A DNA stretch of 45,373 bases, taken from an uncultured Bacteroidales bacterium (GTDB taxonomy: Bacteria; Bacteroidota; Bacteroidia; Bacteroidales; CAZVTW01). How positions within the stretch are numbered: the first letter of the stretch is position 1; every line of letters starts with the position of its first letter. The DNA is taken from contig CAZVTW010000002.1 of NCBI GenBank assembly GCA_964629805.1, forward strand, positions 1 to 45,373. Direction: 5' to 3'. The translations under genes were made by a program, and so were the position numbers. The notes beneath the pieces are model-generated. The model was not told the DNA's origin. It did no database searches and saw nothing but the letters and a program-made list of their open reading frames with translations. Of the stretch, positions 15,844 through 24,256 are shown in pieces.

Positions 15844-17499
15844 ATGATAAAGCACATAAATACAATAATTACAATAATCCTGTTTTTCCTGGCGCTTTCA
15901 GGTTGTGAAAACGAGGAGTTTTTCGAATTAAAACGGCCACCACAAAATCCATGGCCAACTGTTGAAGAATATGAACTGGCAGCACAGGGCGCATACTACC
16001 GGGCTTTTATTTATAGTTCATGGGAAAGCTATTACATCAGTGACAGGGTGTTGAATTTTGTTCAGTCCGACCTGGTTCACTGGATGGGTAACCAGGAAGG
16101 ATACCCGATGGAAGAAATGCTGAATCGTTCCGTTACTGATTACGTTGGACAACAAACTAAGGCCTTTACAGAGACCTATAAGCTGATTGGCTCATGCAAT
16201 GCCGGACTGGACTATTATTATGACAATGGTGAAGATCCTTTCCCGAATGCATCAGAAATTGACAAAAAAGATAATGTTCAGCGTATTGTTGGTGAATTGC
16301 ATTTATTAAGGGCACTTGGTTATTTCCAGAATGTGCGGCGACATTGTCCGCCATATAATCCCAACGGCGCCAATGATGATAAAATATTGCCTTATCGTGT
16401 GACCTTTCCCACATCTCTTAAAGATGCTTCAGAACCGGAATATGCTACGACTGAAAAAATATATCGTCTTATTATTGAAGATTTACATATTGCCAAATCA
16501 TTTTTGCCTACGGCATATAAGGGCAGTATGCATCCATCATATCAATACGGGCGGGCTGACTGGTATGCAGCCTGTACGTTACTGGGAAATGTGTATTTTC
16601 AGATGAGCAAACATGACAGCGCTCTTGTTGAGTATAACAGGGTTATAAATAGCGGTAAATATTCCCTGGCAGAAGAACCTCTCGATAATTTCAACAAGAT
16701 GGAAATAGGAGATGACAGTCCTGAAGTTATCTGGTATATGCTTTGGAGTGATCCGGCCAGAGGAGATGGTTATGGTCCTAAAAAGTTGACTTTATTTACC
16801 AAAAATCACTACCCGGCAACAGGTGGAGGTCACGGAGAAAACTGGAGTCTTTGCCCCTGGAACCAGTTCACATTGTCAAAATCAGCAATAGACAAAACAG
16901 GATGGATGGCAGACCCGCTCAATGGCGACTACACGGAAACTGATGCCGCAAGATTCGATAAAAGATACAAGCAGGTCTTTTACAGGATGGAAGGCACCAG
17001 CAGCGATCCCAAAGCTGACAAAACCGTGTTTATTACAAGTGAGCATAACCCGGTGACTAATGTAGACAGACCGATTATTTTCTGCGATAAATATTATCGA
17101 AGTGAAATTGGGATGCATCAGCATGTCCCAATCATGAGGCTGGCTGACCTGTACCTTAAAAGGGCCGTCATCCGTTTCAGAAGTGGAGACAAACAAGGGG
17201 CAGCAGATGATTTGAACAAAATAAGGGAACGAGCTTGGGATGAAAACACTGCAGGAACTCCTTATACACCACTTACCGTTGATCAGATAACTGAAGAAAT
17301 TATTGATGGTGAATGGATAAAAGAAATGGCCTGCGAAGGCAACAGGTTGTACTACATGATGGCGCTTCAAAATCCGATAGGGCCCGGTGACAGGCGTGAA
17401 GACCGCCCAAATCAAATCCTCGAACCTCCTTATGTCAATTATTACTGGAAAATCCCACGTACTGAGGAAATATACAGGGAAACAGCCTTGGAAGACTAA
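15844..17499 (+). CDS. SusD/RagB-family outer-membrane glycan-binding lipoprotein
   Basis: Lipobox (FLALSGCENEE), about 550 aa, helical TPR-like composition, position 37 nt after susC, and SusD-like segment ADLYLKRAVIRFRSGDKQGAADDLNKIRERA. Confidence 0.9.
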   Translation: MIKHINTIITIILFFLALSGCENEEFFELKRPPQNPWPTVEEYELAAQGAYYRAFIYSSWESYYISDRVLNFVQSDLVHWMGNQEGYPMEEMLNRSVTDYVGQQTKAFTETYKLIGSCNAGLDYYYDNGEDPFPNASEIDKKDNVQRIVGELHLLRALGYFQNVRRHCPPYNPNGANDDKILPYRVTFPTSLKDASEPEYATTEKIYRLIIEDLHIAKSFLPTAYKGSMHPSYQYGRADWYAACTLLGNVYFQMSKHDSALVEYNRVINSGKYSLAEEPLDNFNKMEIGDDSPEVIWYMLWSDPARGDGYGPKKLTLFTKNHYPATGGGHGENWSLCPWNQFTLSKSAIDKTGWMADPLNGDYTETDAARFDKRYKQVFYRMEGTSSDPKADKTVFITSEHNPVTNVDRPIIFCDKYYRSEIGMHQHVPIMRLADLYLKRAVIRFRSGDKQGAADDLNKIRERAWDENTAGTPYTPLTVDQITEEIIDGEWIKEMACEGNRLYYMMALQNPIGPGDRREDRPNQILEPPYVNYYWKIPRTEEIYRETALED

Positions 17500-17517
17500 T
17501 ACATAAAATCACACCAG

Positions 17518-19713
17518 ATGAACCATATAATCAATCATGTAAAAATAATCCGCCTCATAAAAAAAATCTCATTGCCACTCATCGGTTTAATATCATTACT
17601 CTGGTTTCTTATCAGGGTTATTCCAAAACCATCAAGGGCAAACTACCCCTGCCAGCGTGCAGCCTTCCCGTTTGCAACATCATTCATCATCTGGCTGACC
17701 AGCATGGCAGCCTCTGTCACACTTTTTAAAAAAGTAAGGTATCATCTTGGCAATAAAAAAATCCTGCGGTCTGTTTTTCTTATTTTTCCTGCTATCCTGC
17801 TTTTTTTTATGGCCCAGTATTTTCAACCCGTTTCATTCTCTTTTGCCGGTATCAATGAGCAAAAAGACAGGTTTGTACCAACAGAAGAACCAAACAGCCC
17901 GGCGGGAGAAGCAAAAGGCATCTATCCCGGGCGTGTGGTCTGGGCTTATAATACTGATGCCACAAGCTGGAACGGGACAAACGGATATTGGTGGGAGGAC
18001 AACAACACAAACCAACTTGTTGTGGATTCAATGCTCTCAGATGCTCTCAGGACTATATCAGGAGCTGATGAAGATACCCGGGCCTGGGCGAAAATATTCA
18101 CACATTTCAACAAAAAACATGACAAAGGAGAAACTGGCTACAGTCCGGGAGAAAAAATAGCTGTTAAACTCAACATGAACACCTGCAATTCAAATGACGG
18201 ATATCAGAATAATTCTGTCAACTCATCTCCACATGTTGTTTTTGCCCTGGTCAGCCAGCTTATTGAATATGCAGGTGTAGCTGCTGAGGATATTATCCTG
18301 TATGACAACAGCCGCTTTCTGCCTAAAACCATCTATAACAAAATAGAACCGGTATATCCCGGCATCACTTATATTGATAAAAATGCCAGGGCAGACTGGA
18401 TTACGTCATTCACACAGGATGAAAACTGCAAACTTGCCTGGTCTCAGAAGCTGACCCTGGAAAACGGTGGCGGACACCCGACATATCTTCCCGGTTTTAT
18501 CAGCAATGCATCGTATATTATCAACCTGGGGAACCTCAAAGGACATGATCTGGCCGGTGTTACCATGTGTGCAAAAAATCATGCAGGAACCATTCTGGCA
18601 ACCAACCCGGACAAACCAAACCTGAGTCCGCCCAGGGCTGCCGGTTTTCATCCGTATGCCACAGTACATGATTTTGACTACTGGAAACTGCCCGAAAGAC
18701 CAATGGGAACATATAATACACTGGTTGACCTGATGGGACATAAAGACTTAGGCGGGAAAACGCTTTTGTTCATTGTCGACGCTTTATATGCATCAGTTAA
18801 CCAGCACGCACAGATAGATAAAAACAGCAAATGGCAAATGTCGCCGTTCAACGGAGACTGGCCTTCCAGTATTTTTGTTTCGCAGGATGGTGTGGCTATC
18901 GAATCAGTAGGTCTGGACTTTTTGCGTTCAGAACCAACACAGGTTGAAGTCTACGGAAGTGTGGACAATTACCTGCATGAAGCTTCGCAGGCCGGAGCAC
19001 CGCCATCAGGTACTTTTTATGATCCTGAAGGTGACGGAACAGCAATCCAAAGCCTGGGGGTACATGAACACTGGAATAATGAACAGGATAAACAATACAG
19101 CCGTAATCTCGGCTCAGGTGAGGGCATTGAACTCATCCTGGCCACGAAAAAGGACAACAACCAGGGGCAACAACCAATGGAAATTGATTCGCCTGATAAT
19201 TTGTCGGTAAATTTAGTACAGGAAAACATCAAGCTATTTTGGATTGACAATGCAGACAATGAAGATGCTTTTATTATTGAATATGCTGTTGGAAATGAAG
19301 ATGACTTTACAACACTTGATACGGTGTCACTTAATACAACTCAGTATCTTTTCCCGGCATATGAAGAAGGACAAATATATTTTTTCAAAGTCAGGGCTAT
19401 AGCTCAAGGTTACGCTTCGGATTATTCCAATACAGCGACCATACACATTGAAGAACAAACAGGGATTTCAAAACGTGAGGGGCAGATAAAGATTGATTTA
19501 CATCCTGCCGGAAATTTCATATCGGTCAGATCGACAGGCAGACAACTTCATTCTGTGTCCCTGTATTCCTTAAACGGTACATGTCTGTACAAAGATTCAC
19601 GGGTTTCAAAAACGGTTTATATTTGCACACAGCAGTTGTCCGCAGGCATGTATTTGGTTCAGGTTATAAGCCGTGACAGCAAGGTTTACCGGCAAAAAGT
19701 TATGAAGAAATAG
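17518..19713 (+). CDS. DUF362-family domain protein fused to an Fn3 domain and a T9SS C-terminal sorting domain. The N-terminus has three hydrophobic segments.
   Basis: DUF362-like blocks: GEKIAVKLNMN, SSPHVVFALVSQLIEYAGVAAEDIILYDNS, IINLGNLKGHDLAGVTMCAKNHAG, LLFIVDALYA, IFVSQDGVAIESVGLDFL. Fn3: NLSVNLVQENIKLFWIDNADNEDAFIIEY...YFFKVRA. CTD: IDLHPAGNFISV...VSLYSLNGTCLY...LSAGMYLVQVIS...VYRQKVMKK. Confidence 0.75.
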   Translation: MNHIINHVKIIRLIKKISLPLIGLISLLWFLIRVIPKPSRANYPCQRAAFPFATSFIIWLTSMAASVTLFKKVRYHLGNKKILRSVFLIFPAILLFFMAQYFQPVSFSFAGINEQKDRFVPTEEPNSPAGEAKGIYPGRVVWAYNTDATSWNGTNGYWWEDNNTNQLVVDSMLSDALRTISGADEDTRAWAKIFTHFNKKHDKGETGYSPGEKIAVKLNMNTCNSNDGYQNNSVNSSPHVVFALVSQLIEYAGVAAEDIILYDNSRFLPKTIYNKIEPVYPGITYIDKNARADWITSFTQDENCKLAWSQKLTLENGGGHPTYLPGFISNASYIINLGNLKGHDLAGVTMCAKNHAGTILATNPDKPNLSPPRAAGFHPYATVHDFDYWKLPERPMGTYNTLVDLMGHKDLGGKTLLFIVDALYASVNQHAQIDKNSKWQMSPFNGDWPSSIFVSQDGVAIESVGLDFLRSEPTQVEVYGSVDNYLHEASQAGAPPSGTFYDPEGDGTAIQSLGVHEHWNNEQDKQYSRNLGSGEGIELILATKKDNNQGQQPMEIDSPDNLSVNLVQENIKLFWIDNADNEDAFIIEYAVGNEDDFTTLDTVSLNTTQYLFPAYEEGQIYFFKVRAIAQGYASDYSNTATIHIEEQTGISKREGQIKIDLHPAGNFISVRSTGRQLHSVSLYSLNGTCLYKDSRVSKTVYICTQQLSAGMYLVQVISRDSKVYRQKVMKK

Positions 19714-19987
19714 TCATTTTTCGGTATTTTTCATATTCCAATAAAAGTAGTTTACAATTTTGACTTACCCCGGGGCTGAAGCTACTGCCATTTCCACAAG
19801 GAAAATGAAATTAAATTACTCATAATCAATCACATATAAAAAAAAATTTTATTATATTTACTTTATGTTTAACTATAAAATATTATACTATGAAGTAAGA
19901 CACAATGATGCTTTTTTGGACAGTAAGAAAACAGATGTCAGAGAAGAATTATTTGGAGGTGACCACTTCCTACCATTCCTGTAATAC

Positions 19988-21874
19988 TTATTCTTCAACT
20001 ATCTGACGTGGGTCAAGCTTCATCTTTGTCTTTTTATAGGATTTTAACGGCCCGGTTTCATCCGGGAGAGACAATTTTTCTGATATGCTGATTGTAAGTT
20101 TGTCAGTATTAAAATGCACAGGCAATATCTCAACGTATTGTCCGTGTTTTTCCCATCCGAATATATTTTGCCATGCCTGTAAATCCAAAAGCAAGGCTGG
20201 CTCCGGGTGTGACATTTTCATATAACCGGGTTTCATCCCTGCAAATACATTATAATCTGTCATACTGCCTTTATTGGGCAATTCAATGGCATGCTTATCA
20301 CACCTGACAAAAATATTCCGGGTAATTTCATGGTCTCTTTCAGTACCGCCACGCATACCAACTATTCTGTCGGCATTGGCGTAACACCCAAAACCGGCAT
20401 TTTCTATGTCCAGCGCCAGGTTATGATCAAAAATAATACTATCTGAGCCATCAGTATACAATGCACAACCACCTGCTCCGTAGGCGCCGCTAATCCAGTA
20501 CTGACTGTGCAGATCATAAAAAACATTGTGGTCTATCCTGCAAAGGTGACGACTTACTTCCACATACACAGCGCCACGTGCTGTCGTAATTGAAGCAAAT
20601 ACGTTTTTCGTTATCCTGCAATTTTTATTAGACTTGTAATCGAGCCAGATTCCTGGTGCATGAACGATATTTCTGAATATATTTCTCCTGATGAGTGTAC
20701 CTTCCGACTTGTGTAATTTGATGGCTCCTGCCTCCCATCCATGTTCAGCATCGTGCCATCCGATTTTTTCAAACAGGTTATCTTCAATCAGCATATGTTT
20801 TCCCCACATGGCCTCTAAACCGGCCAGTCCGCAATTGCGGATTATATTCCCCCGGAAAATATGATACCCGATAACAGGTTGCCTGACAGTGTGCCACATT
20901 TCATTACCCATGTCAACTCCCAGGGCATTGGCCCATTCCAGCATACAGTCTTCAATAATCCAGTGATGTCCGCGTGAGGTAGATACCATGCCTCTTTGTG
21001 GCACAGGAAATCCGTTACCGGCATGGATAAAATGAATGCCTTTAATTTTGATATAACCTGTTCCGTAGCTTTTTGGTGCAACCAGGCGTTCTTTTACTGT
21101 AGCTTCTATGGTAAAATCAGAAGGTTTTGTATCAAAAGGAAATTTAACATGGATAGTGAGTCCGTGGTGTTCCACCCAAAAAGCGCCACTGTCAGCTTTT
21201 GATAGTTCAATAGGCTTCATGACCTGATGTAGGGGATGTCCATCCAGAAAAATCATCCCGCGACGTTTGAAATGGGCATCCATCTTAATGTTTTTGTAAT
21301 CTACCCAGGACCTGTCATGAGCCAGGTTAAGCATAGCAAACGGGTTGTATCCGTTAAACACTTCTCCCTGAAAATTATATTCATAGACATTTGCATCCTG
21401 TCCATCCGTATCATCGGAATAATACCCCTTGCCTCCCAGTTGCCATCCTTCAGAGTGACTGAATGATTCAGGAGCCAGGATAACAGATCCTTTTACAAAC
21501 ACATCTTCACCGGGCGCTGATTCATAACAAATCATCTTTTTAGGGCTGGATCCTCCGTTCACCGGGTGAATGCTTTCGCGATAAATACCGGCTTTTATAA
21601 CAACTCTTTCTCCCGGTTGCAGTACTTGTGCAGCCTTGTTGATTGTCCTGAAAGGTTGTTCCGGACTTCCGGGATTATTGTCACCGGCTCCAGGATGCTT
21701 CTGATCTACATAATACGTTTTGCTGTATTTTTGACTTTTCTCCCATGACTTAAAATCATTACCGTAAGGAAGTTTATCCTCGTTTGTTTTTTTGAATATA
21801 TCTTCCTGAGAAAAGACATATTTTCCTGCTATAATAAAACAAAAGAGAATAAGCAGTTTTGTTCTTTTTATCAT
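19988..21874 (-). CDS. Secreted right-handed parallel beta-helix protein (pectate-lyase fold); candidate glycanase or lyase of unknown family
   Basis: Signal peptide. N-terminal cap HPGAGDNNPGSPEQPFRTINKAAQVLQPGERVVIKAGIYRE. PbH1-like coils: FRGNIIRNCGLAGLE, IEDNLFEKIGW, IRRNIFRNIVHAPGIW, ITKNVFASI, IDHNVFYDL, FDHNLALDIENAGF, ITRNIFVRCDKHAIE. Confidence 0.7.
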   Translation of the reverse strand: MIKRTKLLILFCFIIAGKYVFSQEDIFKKTNEDKLPYGNDFKSWEKSQKYSKTYYVDQKHPGAGDNNPGSPEQPFRTINKAAQVLQPGERVVIKAGIYRESIHPVNGGSSPKKMICYESAPGEDVFVKGSVILAPESFSHSEGWQLGGKGYYSDDTDGQDANVYEYNFQGEVFNGYNPFAMLNLAHDRSWVDYKNIKMDAHFKRRGMIFLDGHPLHQVMKPIELSKADSGAFWVEHHGLTIHVKFPFDTKPSDFTIEATVKERLVAPKSYGTGYIKIKGIHFIHAGNGFPVPQRGMVSTSRGHHWIIEDCMLEWANALGVDMGNEMWHTVRQPVIGYHIFRGNIIRNCGLAGLEAMWGKHMLIEDNLFEKIGWHDAEHGWEAGAIKLHKSEGTLIRRNIFRNIVHAPGIWLDYKSNKNCRITKNVFASITTARGAVYVEVSRHLCRIDHNVFYDLHSQYWISGAYGAGGCALYTDGSDSIIFDHNLALDIENAGFGCYANADRIVGMRGGTERDHEITRNIFVRCDKHAIELPNKGSMTDYNVFAGMKPGYMKMSHPEPALLLDLQAWQNIFGWEKHGQYVEILPVHFNTDKLTISISEKLSLPDETGPLKSYKKTKMKLDPRQIVEE

Positions 21875-21945
21875 AATTACTTCATTATTATTTTGTCAGT
21901 TGTTGAAACAGAATCAAAGAAAAATCATATATGGTTTCATTTCTG

Positions 21946-24243
21946 CTATTTAATACATCTTATCCACTTTGCATTCCCCGCCGGAACATTTACCCTAACA
22001 TTATTTCCTGTGTGTGTCAATTCATGTTTATCCAGGATATCTTCGGCTTTTTTATAAGTATATTGATTGCTTGTTATCCTAATTGTTTCTTCATTCCCTT
22101 CATTCAGTATAAAAAAGTGGTCTGCCAATGGCGCTGTACGTCTGAAAACGACAGACGTTTTTGCATTTTTGACGGAATATGGAGGTTCAATATTTCCAAC
22201 GGTATTAGCTGCAATAAACGTTTCAACCTTTTCTTTTCCCGGTTTGAACACCATTCTTCCTGCTTCAAAATTAAAAACCGTGCATGTTCCTTTGCCAAAA
22301 ACTGAGCTGATAACAGCCGGTTTTCCACTGTCGAAAGTTTGCAAAACTTCTGCATGTGTTATTTTTAAATCTCCGAAATATCCCTCAACAGAAAATTGCT
22401 CCAGTTCCTGCGGAACATTGAAAGTGTTAAAAAGATCCACAATTTGGAATCCAAATAATTGTTCAAACTTTGAATTTTTCTTTTGCTTGTTCAACCGTCC
22501 GTAATTATCCATAATAAACAAAGGCATATCTGCAACAATCCTGCCGCCATTTTTAACATAATAGAACAGAATATCAAAATCTTGTTCATCCAGCGCCATA
22601 ACACACGGCAGAAAAATAACCGGATACCTGTGGACAAGGCCGGCACGCAAATCCCGTTCTGTCAAATATTCAATCGGAATGTGATTGTTCATGAGGGCCC
22701 TGGAGACGCCAATTTTCGCCTGTGAATGGTATTGTCTGAATTGCTTGTCCCAGTCTGTTTTATATACTTGTGTGTTCAACGGATAAGCGCCAAGAGATAA
22801 TCTTCCGAGTATTGCTTCGTTTTCCCAGGAATACAGAATACCAACCAGAGGTTCATCCATGGCCTCCCAGAGTTCAAACCGCTGTTCCTGGAGAATACGG
22901 CTTATTTTACCAGCTTCTGTTGCTCTTTCTGATGGTTTTCCCTGAATATCACACAAGGCATATTCGCCTGTTTCCCATCCTTCGCCACGGGAGTTCCACA
23001 TCCAAAAGCCAATACCTTTGAGTCCGGCGGCAATATATGAAACCATGAGCTGCCTGATTTTATTCCGGTCAACAGTCGTCGGGAAATACCCACTGTGAAA
23101 GGTTGGCCCGCCTGTTGATTCCCAGGTTGCGGCCCAACCGCCTTTGAACATATCGGCAACTATTCTGGCCTGTATATATACAGGTTTGGTGATTTCCCCG
23201 TCAACCAGGAAAAAATGATGGCAAAGATGAATAGAGGAATAGAAAGAGCCCCCGATTGATGCTGTTTTTGCCTGACCTTCCAAATCCCAGGTGTTGATAG
23301 CCTGATTTTCAAATATCTGATGTCCCCCGGTACGCTCAGGTTCCAACGGGTCCCATTCGGTATAGAGTTCCATTGTCTTGCGGTAATTTTCTATGATTAA
23401 TTCGGATTGAAACTTCATGGCGTCCCTGAATCTCCTGAAATCTTTACTCATTTTACCAACGCCATTCCCAAACTGGTCAAAACCGGAGCCCTGTAGAAGC
23501 TTTGCTGCTTCCTGAAATGTACTGAATGTACACTGACTGATAAAACCGCAGTTCCAGGCTTTCTTCAGGTTTTCAATAGTTTCATATTCTTCCCGGAGCC
23601 AAAGAGCAAAAGAAGGTATCAGCCTTTCAGGCATCCAGGGATTATTTCTGCCGGGTTCACCCATTCCTTTTGGCTTGGGCGGTTTTTCCTTCATCCGCGC
23701 GATTCTTTTTCGCATAAGTTGAGTTTGCCAGGCCATCATTTTAGGGTGATCTTCAATGAGTGATAAATTTTCATCTGTAAGGGGTATTTCAATACCCAGT
23801 CTATCAAGAAGCTCTTGATCAATAGCCTGCCAACCACCCCTGCCGTAATACCAGGGCGCTATACCGACATCCAAAGCAGCATGAAAAACAGAATCACGAA
23901 ACCATTCAGGATTATCAGGTGATTTAAGCTGGACTTGTTTCAGAGCAGTAAAGCCCAAATCTTTAATAATCCTGAATTCCTTTTTTGCTGAATCAAGATT
24001 ATCGCCACGTTGCTGGTAATAGACAACACCAACAGGAAAAGGCTTTATGTTTCGCAATTTCTCCTGCATGGGACTGTTGTTAAGTCCAAGGTATTTTTTT
24101 GTAAGAAACGGGTCGTCACCATTCCTTGACTGTGCTTCCATGACCGGAATTTTTTTATTGACTTTCTCCGGAGACTTCTTATTATTGCATGAAAACAACA
24201 ATATAGTAATGCTAATAAGATAAAAAAAAGTGTTTGTGTTCAT
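21946..24243 (-). CDS. Divergent GH42-like (clan GH-A, three-domain) lipoprotein
   Basis: Start chosen at MNTNTFFYLISITILLFSC (lipobox, no overlap with the upstream gene). GH42-like blocks: FALWLREEYETIENLKKAWN, AATWESTGGPTFHSG (compare LMESTPS), and trimerisation-like VGILYSWENEA...YPVIFLPCVMALDEQDFDILFYYVKNGGRIVADMP. No W-x-x-D-N-E acid/base block seen. Confidence 0.55.
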   Translation of the reverse strand: MNTNTFFYLISITILLFSCNNKKSPEKVNKKIPVMEAQSRNGDDPFLTKKYLGLNNSPMQEKLRNIKPFPVGVVYYQQRGDNLDSAKKEFRIIKDLGFTALKQVQLKSPDNPEWFRDSVFHAALDVGIAPWYYGRGGWQAIDQELLDRLGIEIPLTDENLSLIEDHPKMMAWQTQLMRKRIARMKEKPPKPKGMGEPGRNNPWMPERLIPSFALWLREEYETIENLKKAWNCGFISQCTFSTFQEAAKLLQGSGFDQFGNGVGKMSKDFRRFRDAMKFQSELIIENYRKTMELYTEWDPLEPERTGGHQIFENQAINTWDLEGQAKTASIGGSFYSSIHLCHHFFLVDGEITKPVYIQARIVADMFKGGWAATWESTGGPTFHSGYFPTTVDRNKIRQLMVSYIAAGLKGIGFWMWNSRGEGWETGEYALCDIQGKPSERATEAGKISRILQEQRFELWEAMDEPLVGILYSWENEAILGRLSLGAYPLNTQVYKTDWDKQFRQYHSQAKIGVSRALMNNHIPIEYLTERDLRAGLVHRYPVIFLPCVMALDEQDFDILFYYVKNGGRIVADMPLFIMDNYGRLNKQKKNSKFEQLFGFQIVDLFNTFNVPQELEQFSVEGYFGDLKITHAEVLQTFDSGKPAVISSVFGKGTCTVFNFEAGRMVFKPGKEKVETFIAANTVGNIEPPYSVKNAKTSVVFRRTAPLADHFFILNEGNEETIRITSNQYTYKKAEDILDKHELTHTGNNVRVNVPAGNAKWIRCIK

Positions 24244-24256
24244 ATGGGTATAAGTT

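Noticed and set aside
16882-17415. 177-aa minus-strand ORF
   Set aside because: It is entirely antisense to the susD-like gene, which has strong family features. It has no signal or motif of its own.
17747-18160. 137-aa plus-strand ORF in an alternative frame of the DUF362 gene
   Set aside because: It is an overlapping frame of a well-supported CDS. The low-complexity K/Q/T-rich translation is typical of off-frame reading.
19714-19987. Convergent intergenic region searched for terminators, small genes and repeats (ccccgggg palindrome at about 19769, weak ggaggt/acttcc stem near 19955)
   Set aside because: Only short or imperfect stems are present, with no U-tracts. The small ATG ORFs are under 35 aa and AT-rich. 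Nothing can be supported.
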